Shown here one piece after another: positions 39,462 to 51,409 of a stretch of DNA of 64,000 nt (within the stretch, counting starts at the first letter, position 1; every line of letters starts with the position of its first letter). This stretch comes from Escherichia coli (GTDB taxonomy: Bacteria; Pseudomonadota; Gammaproteobacteria; Enterobacterales; Enterobacteriaceae): the NCBI RefSeq assembly GCF_030013205.1, contig NZ_CP122648.1; one strand, 5' to 3'. Position numbers and translations under genes: made by a program. The notes beneath the pieces are model-generated. The model made no database searches. It worked only from the letters and a program-made list of their open reading frames with translations, and was not told the DNA's origin.

Positions 39462-39695
39462 TCAATCTGGTCTGACCTGTTTTCTGAGCAATTCAGTAAT
39501 GTCACTCTTTTCTTTGTTTGCTTCAGAAGAAACTCTTTTTTCTGAGCACAGTCTCCGGCGGCAGGCTTCAATGACCCAGGCTGAGAAATTCCCGGACCCT
39601 TTTTGCTCAAGAGCGATGTTAATTTGTTCAATCATTTGGTTAGGAAAGCGGATGTTGCGGGTTGTTGTTCTGCGGGTTCTGTTCTTCGTTGACAT
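39462..39695 (-). CDS. small RHH/Arc-like DNA-binding protein (YlcI-like)
   Basis: 77-aa ORF MSTKNRTRRTTTRNIRFPNQMIEQINIALEQKGSGNFSAWVIEACRRRL...; sits just upstream of cos and Nu1. Confidence 0.65.
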   Translation of the reverse strand: MSTKNRTRRTTTRNIRFPNQMIEQINIALEQKGSGNFSAWVIEACRRRLCSEKRVSSEANKEKSDITELLRKQVRPD

Positions 39696-39879
39696 GAGGT
39701 TGCCCCGTATTCAGTGTCGCTGATTTGTATTGTCTGAAGTTGTTTTTACGTTAAGTTGATGCAGATCAATTAATACGATACCTGCGTCATAATTGATTAT
39801 TTGACGTGGTTTGATGGCCTCCACGCACGTTGTGATATGTAGATGATAATCATTATCGCTTTACGGGTCCTTTCCGGTG

Positions 39880-39990
39880 ATCCGACAGGTTACGGGGCGG
39901 CGACCTCGCGGGTTTTCGCTATTTATGAAAATTTTCCGGTTTAAGGTGTTTCCGTTCTTCTTCGTCGTAACTTAATGTTTTTATTTAAAA
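39880..39990 (+). other. lambda-type cos site (cosQ-cosN-cosB), cosN GGGCGGCGACCT at 39895..39906
   Basis: ...acaggttacg|gggcggcgacctcgcgggttttcgctatttatgaaaattttccggtttaagg... reproduces the lambda end-join and left-end sequence; Nu1 ATG follows about 190 nt later as in lambda. Confidence 0.85.
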
Positions 39991-40083
39991 TACCCCCTGA
40001 AAAGAAAGGAAACGACAGGTGCTGAAAGCGAGCTTTTTGGCCTCTGTCGTTTCCTTTCTCTGTTTTTGTCCGTGGAATGAGCA

Positions 40084-40629
40084 ATGGAAGTCAACAAAAA
40101 GCAGCTGGCTGACATTTTCGGTGCGAGTATCCGTACCATTCAGAACTGGCAGGAACAGGGAATGCCCGTTCTGCGAGGCGGTGGCAAGGGTAATGAGGTG
40201 CTTTATGACTCTGCCGCCGTTATAAGATGGTATGCCGAAAGGGATGCTGAAATTGAGAACGAAAAGCTGCGCCGGGAAGTTGAAGAACTGCGGCAGGCCA
40301 GCGAGACAGATCTCCAGCCAGGGACTATTGAGTACGAACGCCATCGACTTACGCGTGCGCAGGCCGACGCACAGGAGCTGAAAAATGCCAGAGACTCCGC
40401 TGAAGTGGTGGAAACCGCATTCTGTACTTTCGTGCTGTCGCGGATCGCAGGTGAAATTGCCAGTATTCTCGACGGGATCCCCCTGTCGGTGCAGCGGCGT
40501 TTTCCGGAACTGGAAAACCGACATGTTGATTTCCTGAAACGGGATATCATCAAAGCCATGAACAAAGCAGCCGCGCTGGATGAACTGATACCGGGGTTGC
40601 TGAGTGAATATATCGAACAGTCAGGTTAA
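40084..40629 (+). CDS. nohA: terminase small subunit Nu1 (full length, lambda-like)
   Basis: 181-aa ORF MEVNKKQLADIFGASIRTIQNWQEQGMPVLRGGGKGNEVLYDSAAVIRWYAERD... Confidence 0.95.
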   Translation: MEVNKKQLADIFGASIRTIQNWQEQGMPVLRGGGKGNEVLYDSAAVIRWYAERDAEIENEKLRREVEELRQASETDLQPGTIEYERHRLTRAQADAQELKNARDSAEVVETAFCTFVLSRIAGEIASILDGIPLSVQRRFPELENRHVDFLKRDIIKAMNKAAALDELIPGLLSEYIEQSG

Positions 40630-42088
40630 CAGGCTGCGGCATTTTGTCCGCGCCGGGCTTCGCTCACTGTTCAGGCCGGAGCCACAGACCGCCGTTGAAT
40701 GGGCGGATGCTAATTACTATCTCCCGAAAGAATCCGCATACCAGGAAGGGCGCTGGGAAACACTGCCCTTTCAGCGGGCCATCATGAATGCGATGGGCAG
40801 CGACTACATCCGTGAGGTGAATGTGGTGAAGTCTGCCCGTGTTGGTTATTCCAAAATGCTGCTGGGTGTTTATGCCTACTTCATAGAGCATAAGCAGCGC
40901 AACACCCTTATCTGGTTGCCGACGGATGGTGATGCCGAGAACTTTATGAAAACTCACGTTGAGCCGACCATCCGTGATATTCCTTCGCTGCTTGCGCTGG
41001 CCCCGTGGTATGGCAAAAAGCACCGGGATAACACGCTCACCATGAAGCGTTTCACCAATGGTCGTGGCTTCTGGTGCCTGGGCGGTAAAGCGGCAAAAAA
41101 CTACCGTGAAAAGTCGGTGGATGTGGCGGGTTATGATGAACTTGCTGCTTTTGATGATGATATTGAACAGGAAGGCTCTCCGACGTTCCTGGGTGACAAG
41201 CGTATTGAAGGCTCGGTCTGGCCAAAGTCCATCCGTGGCTCCACGCCCAAAGTGAGAGGCACCTGCCAGATTGAGCGTGCAGCCAGTGAATCCCCGCATT
41301 TTATGCGTTTTCATGTTGCCTGCCCGCACTGCGGGGAGGAGCAGTACCTTAAATTTGGCGATAAAGAGACGCCGTTTGGCCTCAAATGGACGCCGGATGA
41401 TCCCTCCAGCGTGTTTTATCTCTGCGAGCATAATGCCTGCGTCATCCGCCAGCAGGAGCTGGACTTTACTGATGCCCGTTATATCTGCGAAAAGACCGGG
41501 ATCTGGACCCGTGATGGCATTCTCTGGTTTTCGTCATCCGGTGAAGAGATTGAGCCGCCGGACAGTGTGACCTTTCACATCTGGACGGCGTACAGCCCGT
41601 TCACCACCTGGGTGCAGATTGTCAAAGACTGGATGAAAACGAAAGGGGATACGGGAAAACGTAAAACCTTCGTGAACACCACGCTCGGTGAGACGTGGGA
41701 AGCGAAAATCGGCGAACGTCCGGATGCTGAAGTGATGGCAGAGCGGAAAGAGCATTATTCAGCGCCCGTTCCTGACCGTGTGGCTTACCTGACCGCCGGT
41801 ATCGACTCCCAGCTGGACCGCTACGAAATGCGCGTATGGGGATGGGGGCCGGGTGAGGAAAGCTGGCTGATTGACCGGCAGATTATTATGGGCCGCCACG
41901 ACGATGAACAGACGCTGCTGCGTGTGGATGAGGCCATCAATAAAACCTATACCCGCCGGAATGGTGCAGAAATGTCGATATCCCGTATCTGCTGGGATAC
42001 TGGCGGGATTGACCCGACCATTGTGTATGAACGCTCGAAAAAGCATGGGCTGTTCCGGGTGATCCCCATTAAAGGGGCATCCGTCTAA
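40604..42088 (+). pseudogene. terminase large subunit gpA, truncated after about 494 codons
   Basis: Lambda A-like N-terminal region (Walker A-like region, ...[14 protein letters not shown]) ends at a stop at 42086; full-length lambda gpA is about 641 aa. Confidence 0.85.
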
Positions 42089-42149
42089 GGGACGCTTCCT
42101 GAACAACATTAACGCGGTCAGTAAAACAGACTTTGCTGATAAGCGTGGT

Positions 42150-43904
42150 ATGCGTTATGTGCGGGTTAACGCTCCTGCAGGTGCAACATCTGGAAAATAT
42201 TACCCTGTTGTTGTTATGCGTTCTGCTGGCTCAGTAAGCGAACTGGCATCAAGGGTCATTATCACCACGGCACCGCGAACCGCAGGCGATCCGATGAATA
42301 ACTGCGAGTTTAACGGATTTGTTATGCCTGGTGGCTGGACTGACAGGGGGCGTTATGCTTATGGAATGTTCTGGCAATATCAAAACAATGAACGAGCCAT
42401 CCACTCAATAATGATGAGTAATAAGGGCGATGATTTGCGCTCTGTGTTCTATGTTGATGGCGCTGCTTTCCCTGTTTTTGCGTTTATCGAAGATGGCCTG
42501 TCAATATCCGCACCTGGTGCTGATCTCGTTGTTAATGATACGACCTATAAGTTTGGGGCAACAAATCCAGCGACTGAATGTATCGCGGCGGACGTTATCC
42601 TTGATTTTAAGAGTGGGCGTGGTTTTTATGAGTCTCATTCGTTAATCGTTAACGATAACTTGTCGTGCAAAAAACTTTTTGCCACAGACGAAATTGTAGC
42701 GCGTGGTGGTAATCAGATTCGAATGATAGGTGGGGAGTATGGTGCATTATGGCGTAATGATGGCGCTAAAACTTACCTGCTGCTTACCAATCAAGGTGAT
42801 GTTTATGGTGGCTGGAATACATTAAGACCGTTTGCTATTGATAACGCAACCGGCGAACTGGTTATTGGAACCAAACTGTCCGCAAGTCTGAACGGTAATG
42901 CATTAACAGCAACAAAGCTGCAAACGCCAAGACTGGTTTCTGGTGTTGAGTTTGATGGTTCCAAAGATATTACTTTAACCGCCGCGCATGTGGCTGCTTT
43001 TGCCAGAAGGGCAACGGATACATATGCCGATGCGGATGGTGGCGTTCCCTGGAATGCCGAATCAGGCGCTTACAATGTCACCCGCTCTGGCAACAGCTAT
43101 ATTCTGGTTAACTTCTATACCGGAGTCGGAAGTTGCCGGACATTGCAGATGAAGGCGCATTACAGAAATGGAGGTCTGTTCTACCGTTCCTCAAGAGATG
43201 GCTATGGTTTTGAGGAAGACTGGGCAGAAGTTTATACCTCGAAAAATCTTCCACCAGAAAGCTACCCAGTCGGTGCACCAATCCCGTGGCCATCAGATAC
43301 CGTTCCGTCTGGTTATGCCCTGATGCAGGGGCAGACTTTTGACAAATCTGCTTACCCGAAACTTGCAGCCGCTTATCCGTCAGGCGTGATCCCTGATATG
43401 CGTGGCTGGACGATTAAGGGCAAACCTGCCAGTGGTCGGGCCGTATTGTCTCAGGAACAGGACGGCATTAAATCGCACACCCACAGCGCCAGCGCATCCA
43501 GTACGGATTTGGGGACGAAAACCACATCGTCGTTTGATTACGGCACTAAATCCACGAATAACACCGGGGCGCATACCCATAGTGTTAGCGGTACGGCTGC
43601 TTCAGCCGGTGCACATACCCATTCGATAACATTTGTTTCAGGTGGCACCAAAGGTGCTCCGGGAAGTGGATCACCTGATTATTCTAAATACAGTGTTAAC
43701 ACTTCTTCTGCAGGCGCTCATACGCACTCTGTATCGGGTACTGCTGCAAGCGCAGGTGCACACGCACATACTGTAGGTATTGGTGCGCATACGCACTCGG
43801 TTGCGATTGGTTCACATGGACACACCATCACCGTTAACGCTGCTGGTAACGCGGAAAACACCGTCAAAAACATCGCATTTAACTATATTGTGAGGCTTGC
43901 ATAA
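42150..43904 (+). CDS. side tail fibre C-terminal remnant with HxH repeat tip domain
   Basis: 584-aa ORF; frame is open upstream to 42063 without a start; C-terminal [20 protein letters not shown]... repeats; followed by tfa with ATGA-type overlap. Confidence 0.8.
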
Positions 43905-44479
43905 TGGCATTCAGAATGAGTGAACAACCACGGACCATAAAAATTTATAATCTGCTGGCCGGAACTAATGAATTTATTGGTGAAGGTGATGCATATATTC
44001 CGCCTCATACAGGTCTGCCAGCAAACAGTACCGATATTGCACCGCCAGATATTCCGGCTGGCTTCGTGGCTGTTTTCAACAGTGATGAGTCATCGTGGCA
44101 TCTCGTTGAAGATCATCGGGGTAAAACGGTTTATGACGTGGCTTCCGGCGACGCGTTATTTATTTCTGAACTCGGTCCGTTACCGGAAAATGTTACCTGG
44201 TTATCGCCGGAAGGGGAGTTTCAGAAGTGGAACGGCACAGCCTGGGTGAAGGATACGGAAGCAGAAAAACTGTTCCGGATCCGGGAGGCGGAAGAAACAA
44301 AAAACAACCTGATGCAGGTAGCCAGTGAGCATATTGCGCCGCTTCAGGATGCTGCAGATCTGGAAATCGCAACGGAGGAAGAAATCTCGTTGCTGGAAGC
44401 ATGGAAAAAGTATCGGGTATTGCTGAACCGTGTTGATACGTCAACTGCACAGGATATTGAATGGCCAGCACTGCCGTAG
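43904..44479 (+). CDS. tfaQ: tail fibre assembly protein
   Basis: 191-aa [57 protein letters not shown]... Confidence 0.9.
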
Positions 44480-44576
44480 GGTAAAACATATAAATTCTAT
44501 AATTAGATGTATCTTTCCATTTACGGCAAGGAAGGGGGCTTGGAAGACGTAAAGCATCTCACACCGAGATTATTTT

Positions 44577-45167
44577 TTATATGTCAGGTGTCTGAAGTTT
44601 TGCTTTGGCTCTTAAAATGGTTTGCCGCGAGGTTTTGAATTCCCGGGCAATGGCACTTATACTTACACCTGACTTAATTCGTTCGAATACCGCCTGTTTC
44701 TGTTCTTCATTTAACACAGGTGGTCGACCAAAACGTTTCCCTGCGCCGCGGGCACTTACTATCCCGGAATGAGTGCGTTCAAGTAAAAGGTCTCGTTCAA
44801 ATTCAGCGACTGCTGAAATTACTTGCATCATCATTTTTCCTGTTGGACTGGTCAGGTCAATGCCCCCCAATGCTAAGCAATGCACTCTGATACCTGTTTC
44901 GGTCAGTTGTTCCACTGTTTTCCTGATATCCATTGCATTACAACCAAGGCGATCCAGTTTTGTCACAATCAATTGATCACCACATTTCAGGCGAGCAAGC
45001 AACCGGTTAAAACCAGGACGCTCACTGGTTGCTGCTGAGCCGCTAATGTGTTCTTCGATTATTTGCTGAGGTTTGATTTTAAAACCTGCACTTTCGATTT
45101 CCCGGCGTTGATTTTCGGTGGTCTGATCCAGCGTTGATATCCGACAGTAAGCAAAAATTCGAGACAT
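44577..45167 (-). CDS. pinQ: serine recombinase DNA invertase Pin
   Basis: 196-aa [23 protein letters not shown]... with catalytic Ser in YCRIST and C-terminal HTH. Confidence 0.95.
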   Translation of the reverse strand: MSRIFAYCRISTLDQTTENQRREIESAGFKIKPQQIIEEHISGSAATSERPGFNRLLARLKCGDQLIVTKLDRLGCNAMDIRKTVEQLTETGIRVHCLALGGIDLTSPTGKMMMQVISAVAEFERDLLLERTHSGIVSARGAGKRFGRPPVLNEEQKQAVFERIKSGVSISAIAREFKTSRQTILRAKAKLQTPDI

Positions 45168-45483
45168 AGTGAGACTCTATACGAAATTGGTGTTCATATC
45201 ATAATGCATCTCAGAAAATAATTATGATTATTTTTGTGCATATTTGTATGTACACGTTCGAAAATAAACGAATGCGTATGCAACCCCGTAATTTTGGTGA
45301 GACCCAAAATCGATTTTGTGAAAAATGGCTTTAACTCGGTTTGTTTTTCGAGTTCCGGGCGGACTCAAGGAAGAAGAATAGTGTTGCGTGTTATTTTAAC
45401 CAGATTTCAAGTTGTTTGGTCGTGGAAAAGTGGAGCAAAATGTTGTTAAAGTGGAAAAATGATAAAAAAGTAAGTTTATTATA

Positions 45484-45717
45484 TTACATTTTACCATTTA
45501 AATTTTGGTTGTCTTTAAGAACTGATATCGCTGTTTGTAATAATTCTTTGTTATCCAGCCATGATTTTTTCTTTATGTTTCCTTCAATGTAATCAAGCAA
45601 TGTTCTGGTATTGATAGGTCTTCCCTGTTTTGCTACTTCCACTACAGCATCCCCTAGGATAATTCTTACTTCAGGAAGCTGCGCAGGGAACCACTTTAGG
45701 GTGTCTTTTGATTTCAT
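45484..45717 (-). CDS. ydfK: Qin prophage protein YdfK
   Basis: ORF 45484..45750; start at MKSKDTLKWFPAQLPEVRIILGDAVVEVAKQG (77 aa). Confidence 0.8.
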   Translation of the reverse strand: MKSKDTLKWFPAQLPEVRIILGDAVVEVAKQGRPINTRTLLDYIEGNIKKKSWLDNKELLQTAISVLKDNQNLNGKM

Positions 45718-46497
45718 GAAGATATTCCTTAAAATATTATTGATTTTCATTGCGATATTGTATGTCTGATTCAGGATATGTTGACTTATACATCGGTTTT
45801 GTCTGGGTTATTGGATATGCCAATCCCTAATTTTATTAGGGCATGACTAAAAATGCTGAATATGATAAGGAGAGATGTGATTATCAGTATGCTGTTCATA
45901 TAGCCTCGAATTAGTAATGTGTTATATATGATATAGTTGACAATTTTTATCTTGGGTGTTCTTAAAGTTCGTAGATAAACATTGTCGTTTCAGGTATACA
46001 GGAATGCTAACAGGTGGCAGCAAAAATCAGGCGGTTTATGGCGCAAGCTGAAGCGGCAACTGCAAACTATCTTATGCAGAGACTCTACACGGATTGGGTT
46101 TAAAAGTATACATAGATAACAGTTTTTATCTGAAAAAGAAAAATATCAAGGTGATATAGCCTATATGCCTTTGATGCGGAGGAATGAATGTGATGGGAGT
46201 GATGTATCTGAATAGTTGAAAAACCGCAGACACGCCTTATGCAAGAACGTGCTGCGGTTGGCTGGTAAATTTTTCGATAGTGTGAGTATTGAATGATTTC
46301 CAGCCGTTCTTGATTTTACGCATAAATCCATGAAAAAACTACTTATCTGTTGGGGAGTTTTTTTGGGGCATATATGGGACAGAAATAGGCCCCAGATAGA
46401 CACTGAGATCGAACTTAGGATGCTTTTTAAAAAATGCAACTATCTGAAAAAACCTAGAAAACGCCAAGGAAACCACAGGATGGGAAAAAACACCTGT

Positions 46498-46511
46498 GAA
46501 TTATGGATTTC
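46498..46511. repeat. prophage attachment-site core repeat, distal copy (gaattatggatttc)
   Basis: Matches 18992..19006 (ttatggatttc identical); coincides with the start of the ydfJ 3' portion. Confidence 0.55.
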
Positions 46512-47786
46512 CAGTTATATTCGCTCGGCGCAGCGTTAGTGTTTCATGAAATATTTTTTCCTGAATCATCAACGGCAATGGCGTTAATTCTGGCAATGGG
46601 AACCTACGGTGCAGGTTATGTGGCGCGTATTGTCGGAGCATTTATTTTCGGCAAAATGGGCGACAGAATCGGGCGTAAAAAAGTGCTCTTTATTACCATC
46701 ACTATGATGGGGATCTGTACTACCTTAATTGGTGTGCTGCCGACCTATGCACAAATTGGTGTGTTTGCGCCAATTTTGCTGGTGACGCTGCGTATTATTC
46801 AGGGGCTGGGGGCAGGCGCGGAAATTTCCGGTGCCGGCACGATGCTGGCGGAATATGCACCAAAAGGTAAGCGCGGAATTATCTCCTCATTTGTTGCTAT
46901 GGGGACTAACTGCGGAACCTTGAGCGCAACGGCAATCTGGGCCTTTATGTTCTTCATTCTCAGTAAAGAGGAACTGCTTGCGTGGGGATGGCGTATACCG
47001 TTCCTGGCGAGCGTTGTCGTGATGGTCTTTGCTATCTGGTTGCGTATGAATCTGAAAGAAAGCCCGGTCTTTGAGAAGGTTAACGACAGCAACCAACCGA
47101 CAGCAAAACCTGCACCTGCTGGTAGCATGTTCCAGAGCAAATCCTTCTGGCTGGCAACAGGGCTGCGTTTTGGTCAGGCTGGTAACTCCGGTTTAATTCA
47201 GACTTTCCTTGCAGGCTATTTAGTGCAGACGTTATTGTTTAACAAAGCAATTCCAACAGATGCATTGATGATCAGTTCGATTCTCGGCTTTATGACCATT
47301 CCGTTCCTTGGTTGGTTATCCGATAAAATAGGTCGCCGGATCCCGTATATTATTATGAATACCTCTGCGATTGTGCTGGCGTGGCCAATGCTTTCTATCA
47401 TCGTAGATAAAAGCTATGCCCCGAGCACCATTATGGTTGCACTGATTGTGATTCATAACTGTGCGGTGCTGGGATTATTTGCTCTGGAAAACATTACCAT
47501 GGCAGAAATGTTCGGCTGTAAAAACCGCTTTACCCGGATGGCGATTTCTAAAGAAATTGGTGGTCTTATCGCTTCCGGTTTTGGTCCTATCCTGGCGGGT
47601 ATTTTCTGCACCATGACGGAATCCTGGTATCCGATCGCCATTATGATCATGGCATATTCAGTGATTGGTTTAATCTCTGCGCTGAAAATGCCAGAAGTGA
47701 GAGACCGTGATTTAAGTGCACTGGAAGATGCCGCGGAAGATCAACCGCGTGTTGTAACAGCTGCGCAACCTTCAAGAAGTCTGTAA
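46503..47786 (+). pseudogene. ydfJ: MFS transporter YdfJ, 3' portion (427 codons) separated from its first ~29 codons by the prophage
   Basis: ORF begins MDFQLYSLGAALVF..., the same MDF at which the 5' fragment at 18914..19003 leaves the ydfJ frame. Confidence 0.8.
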
Positions 47787-47875
47787 ATCCTCCATCCCTT
47801 CTCTTACCGGAGAGGGGATTTTTTATTCATATAACAAAACATGCAGCTTGCCATATTTAAATTTAAGGAATTGTT

Positions 47876-49336
47876 ATGGGAAATAATTTGTTATCAGCAA
47901 AAGCGACGCTCCCTGTTTATGATCGTAATAACCTGGCCCCAAGAATTGTTCATTTAGGCTTTGGCGCATTTCACCGTGCGCATCAGGGCGTGTATGCCGA
48001 TATTCTTGCTACAAAACATTTCAGTGATTGGGGATATTATGAGGTCAATTTAATCGGCGGCGAACAGCAAATTGCCGATTTACAACAGCAAGATAATCTT
48101 TATACCGTTGCGGAAATGTCGGCCGATGCGTGGACGGCTCGCGTCGTTGGCGTCGTTAAAAAAGCCTTGCACGTACAGATAGATGGCTTAGAAACCGTGT
48201 TGGCTGCGATGTGTGAACCGCAAATCGCGATTGTCTCTCTGACAATCACCGAAAAAGGGTATTTCCACTCTCCGGCGACCGGACAGTTAATGCTCGATCA
48301 CCCGATGGTCGCTGCCGACGTGCAAAATCCCCACCAGCCGAAAACTGCAACAGGGGTGATTGTTGAGGCGCTGGCTCGCCGTAAAGCGGCAGGACTTCCC
48401 GCATTTACCGTCATGTCATGTGACAACATGCCAGAAAACGGTCATGTTATGCGTGACGTTGTCACTTCCTACGCGCAAGCTGTTGATGTAAAACTGGCAC
48501 AATGGATCGAAGTAAACGTGACTTTCCCATCAACAATGGTGGACCGTATTGTGCCCGCAGTGACAGAGGATACGCTGGCGAAAATCGAACAACTTACCGG
48601 TGTGCGCGATCCTGCTGGCGTTGCCTGTGAACCTTTCCGCCAGTGGGTAATAGAAGATAACTTTGTTGCCGGACGTCCGGAATGGGAAAAAGCGGGAGCC
48701 GAACTGGTTAGTGATGTGCTGCCTTATGAAGAGATGAAGTTGCGCATGCTCAACGGCAGTCATTCATTCCTGGCGTATCTGGGGTATCTTGCTGGATATC
48801 AGCACATTAATGACTGCATGGAAGATGAACATTATCGTCATGCAGCGTATGCCTTGATGTTGCAGGAACAAGCGCCGACGTTGAAAGTGCAGGGCGTTGA
48901 TTTGCAAGATTACGCTAACCGATTAATTGAACGCTATAGCAACCCGGCGCTACGTCATCGAACCTGGCAGATTGCGATGGATGGCAGCCAGAAATTGCCA
49001 CAGCGGATGTTGGATTCTGTTCGCTGGCATCTGGCGCATGACAGCAAGTTCGATCTGCTGGCGCTGGGCGTCGCAGGTTGGATGCGTTATGTCGGTGGTG
49101 TTGATGAACAGGGAAATCCGATAGAAATCAGTGACCCACTGTTACCTGTTATTCAGAAGGCTGTACAAAGTAGTGCCGAAGGGAAAGCGCGCGTCCAGTC
49201 ATTGCTGGCGATTAAGGCGATCTTTGGTGATGATTTGCCAGACAATAGCTTGTTTACTGCAAAAGTGACGGAAGCGTACTTGTCTTTATTAGCGCATGGT
49301 GCGAAAGCGACCGTTGCGAAATATTCCGTGAAGTAA
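47876..49336 (+). CDS. ydfI: mannitol-dehydrogenase-family oxidoreductase YdfI
   Basis: 486-aa ORF with N-terminal Rossmann GFGAFHRAH motif. Confidence 0.9.
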   Translation: MGNNLLSAKATLPVYDRNNLAPRIVHLGFGAFHRAHQGVYADILATKHFSDWGYYEVNLIGGEQQIADLQQQDNLYTVAEMSADAWTARVVGVVKKALHVQIDGLETVLAAMCEPQIAIVSLTITEKGYFHSPATGQLMLDHPMVAADVQNPHQPKTATGVIVEALARRKAAGLPAFTVMSCDNMPENGHVMRDVVTSYAQAVDVKLAQWIEVNVTFPSTMVDRIVPAVTEDTLAKIEQLTGVRDPAGVACEPFRQWVIEDNFVAGRPEWEKAGAELVSDVLPYEEMKLRMLNGSHSFLAYLGYLAGYQHINDCMEDEHYRHAAYALMLQEQAPTLKVQGVDLQDYANRLIERYSNPALRHRTWQIAMDGSQKLPQRMLDSVRWHLAHDSKFDLLALGVAGWMRYVGGVDEQGNPIEISDPLLPVIQKAVQSSAEGKARVQSLLAIKAIFGDDLPDNSLFTAKVTEAYLSLLAHGAKATVAKYSVK

Positions 49337-49371
49337 AAAAAGCAATGCCGCCATCGGCGGCATTCACACGC

Positions 49372-49575
49372 TTAGTTCATGCCGAGACGAATCAGGTCCA
49401 GAGGTGCCAGTTTCTCTTCACAACCTTCAACAACTACGGTTTTTCCGCGGCGGACTTGCTCAGCGGTCAGACCTTCAGTATCAATCGACAGGATCTTGCC
49501 AGTGTGACCGGTGCCGCTAACCATAACACGGCTGCCAGTGGTGATTGCGTTACGGTTACGATCGTAGGTCGTCAT
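49372..49575 (-). CDS. ydfZ: small protein YdfZ
   Basis: 67-aa [54 protein letters not shown]... Confidence 0.85.
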   Translation of the reverse strand: MTTYDRNRNAITTGSRVMVSGTGHTGKILSIDTEGLTAEQVRRGKTVVVEGCEEKLAPLDLIRLGMN

Positions 49576-49751
49576 AGGTGTTTTCTCCTTTCTGATTTAC
49601 AGTCGAAGCCCACGTAACGGGCGCAATATAAATACTCCTGTCGAGTGAAATATTTTTTGTTTTTGATCAAGCTCACATCTTTTTTGATGCATGCATGAGC
49701 CATAAGGCGGGGGGAGAGACTCTCACCCCGAATGGGATGAGAGGAAATGAA

Positions 49752-50438
49752 TTACTCTTCGCTAAACCAGTCGCTGTTTTCCTGGCGGATCTGGCGCACG
49801 GATTCGCTGATTTCCTGCAAATGTTGCGTCATTGCACGTTCTACCGCATCGCCATCACGTTTTTGCAGGGCAGAGAAAATATCAAGATGCTGGCGTAACA
49901 GCATTTCTGGTGGAGAAACGTGGTCGAAACACATATAGCGCACGCGATCAACGGTCGCTTTCAGGTTCTCAATGGTATCCCACGCCAGTTGACAGTCGGC
50001 AATCTGCGTCAGGAGTTGATGGAAGTTGTCATCAAGTTCAAAAAAATCATCCAGTTGCTTGCGCTCAATGGCAATGCGTTGCTGGTGAAGATTTTGTTCC
50101 AGTTGGTAGCACTGGCTTTCGGTAATCATGCTCGCCGCCCGACGCGCCACCGCGCACTCAATGGCCTGACGGATAAAACTGCCGTTGCGCACCTGGGCCA
50201 TGGAAATTTTGTTGACGTAGCTGCCACGCTGCGGACGAATTTGAATCAGGCCGTTTTCCGCCAGTTTAATAAAGGCTTCACGAACCGGCTGGCGTGACAC
50301 ATTGAAACGAACAGAAACTTCTTTTTCCGACAACGGTGTGCCTGGTGCAATCAGGCAATGGACAATGTCGCGACGAAGAATACGATAAATCTGCTGATTG
50401 ACAGGCTGTGTGGGATTAAGTTGCGTTTCGACGGTCAT
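49752..50438 (-). CDS. ydfH: GntR/FadR-family transcriptional regulator YdfH (RspR)
   Basis: 228-aa ORF with N-terminal GntR HTH and FCD-type C-terminal domain. Confidence 0.9.
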   Translation of the reverse strand: MTVETQLNPTQPVNQQIYRILRRDIVHCLIAPGTPLSEKEVSVRFNVSRQPVREAFIKLAENGLIQIRPQRGSYVNKISMAQVRNGSFIRQAIECAVARRAASMITESQCYQLEQNLHQQRIAIERKQLDDFFELDDNFHQLLTQIADCQLAWDTIENLKATVDRVRYMCFDHVSPPEMLLRQHLDIFSALQKRDGDAVERAMTQHLQEISESVRQIRQENSDWFSEE

Positions 50439-50526
50439 TCGTTCTTGCTTGTGAGTGAGTTAACTGCATGAGTCTACCACTTTTTTGTGACAAGCAATAA
50501 CCCGGCAGTTACGCCGGGTATAAAAA

Positions 50527-51273
50527 TTACTGACGGTGGACATTCAGTCCGGCATAGCTTTGGGTAACCGGCATCATTTCCAGGGTATTGATATTGACGT
50601 GAGCAGGCAGCGTTGATACCCACCAGACGGCTTCGCTGACATCTTCTGGCGTCAATGCAACGGTATTTTGATAGGTTTTTTCCGCTTTACCGTCATCGCC
50701 TTTAAAGCGGACATTGGAAAACTCGGTGCCACCCACCAGACCCGGTTCGATGTCGGTGACGCGCACCGCCGTACCATGCAGGTCCGTACGCAGATTCAGG
50801 CTAAACTGACGAACAAACGCTTTCGTCGCACCGTAAACGTTACCACCGGCATACGGCCAGCTACCTGCCGTTGAGCCAATGTTAATAATATGACCATGAT
50901 TACGTTCAACCATACCCGGTAAGACGGCGCGCGTCATATATACCAGGCCTTTATTGTTGGTATCAATCATCGTTTCCCAGTCTTCAACGCTGGCTTTATG
51001 CGCAGGCTCCATGCCCAACGCCAGGCCGGCATTATTTACCAGGATATCAATATTGCTCCACTCGGCAGGAAGCGATGCCAGCATCTCTTCAATAGCGGCG
51101 CGGTTGCGAACGTCCAGTTGGGCGATATAAAGATTATCTCCCAGTTCGTCTTTTAACTCCTGCAACCGCTCCTGGCGACGGCCAGTGGCGATAACTTTAT
51201 GCCCTTGTTGAATAAAACGACGAGTAATGCATTCACCAAAACCTGCCGTTGCTCCAGTTACTAAAACGATCAT
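50527..51273 (-). CDS. ydfG: NADP-dependent 3-hydroxy acid dehydrogenase YdfG (SDR)
   Basis: ORF 50527..51288; start MIVLVTGATAGFGE (TGxxxGxG), catalytic YxxxK (YGATKAF). Confidence 0.9.
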   Translation of the reverse strand: MIVLVTGATAGFGECITRRFIQQGHKVIATGRRQERLQELKDELGDNLYIAQLDVRNRAAIEEMLASLPAEWSNIDILVNNAGLALGMEPAHKASVEDWETMIDTNNKGLVYMTRAVLPGMVERNHGHIINIGSTAGSWPYAGGNVYGATKAFVRQFSLNLRTDLHGTAVRVTDIEPGLVGGTEFSNVRFKGDDGKAEKTYQNTVALTPEDVSEAVWWVSTLPAHVNINTLEMMPVTQSYAGLNVHRQ

Positions 51274-51409
51274 CTCACTGTTCCTCAACGCTTTTGTGTG
51301 TCAATAACATAGCACGTGATGCTTAAGAGCGGGTAATACTGGTTTGCAAGATTGCACTCCGTTATCAGTAAGCCTACGCTATGGAACACCTCGCGTTCAG
51401 GAGAAGAAA

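Noticed and set aside
40203-42109. Minus-strand ORFs (73-255 aa) within Nu1 and terminase A
   Set aside because: This segment is collinear with the lambda left end on the + strand; antisense frames are artefacts of GC-rich coding DNA.
44193-44489. 98-aa minus-strand ORF inside tfaQ
   Set aside because: Antisense to an intact tail-fibre assembly gene; would require an unannotated overlapping gene with no supporting signal.
44600-44640. Invertase crossover-like half-site (ttcaaaacctcg) inside the 3' end of pinQ
   Set aside because: Only one half-site matches; the other half is not an inverted copy, and the sequence encodes the Pin C-terminal HTH, so the resemblance is probably coincidental.
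46330-46539. 69-aa ORF spanning the distal att junction into ydfJ
   Set aside because: Crosses the prophage/chromosome boundary and ends inside the ydfJ frame; most likely a chance frame created by the insertion.
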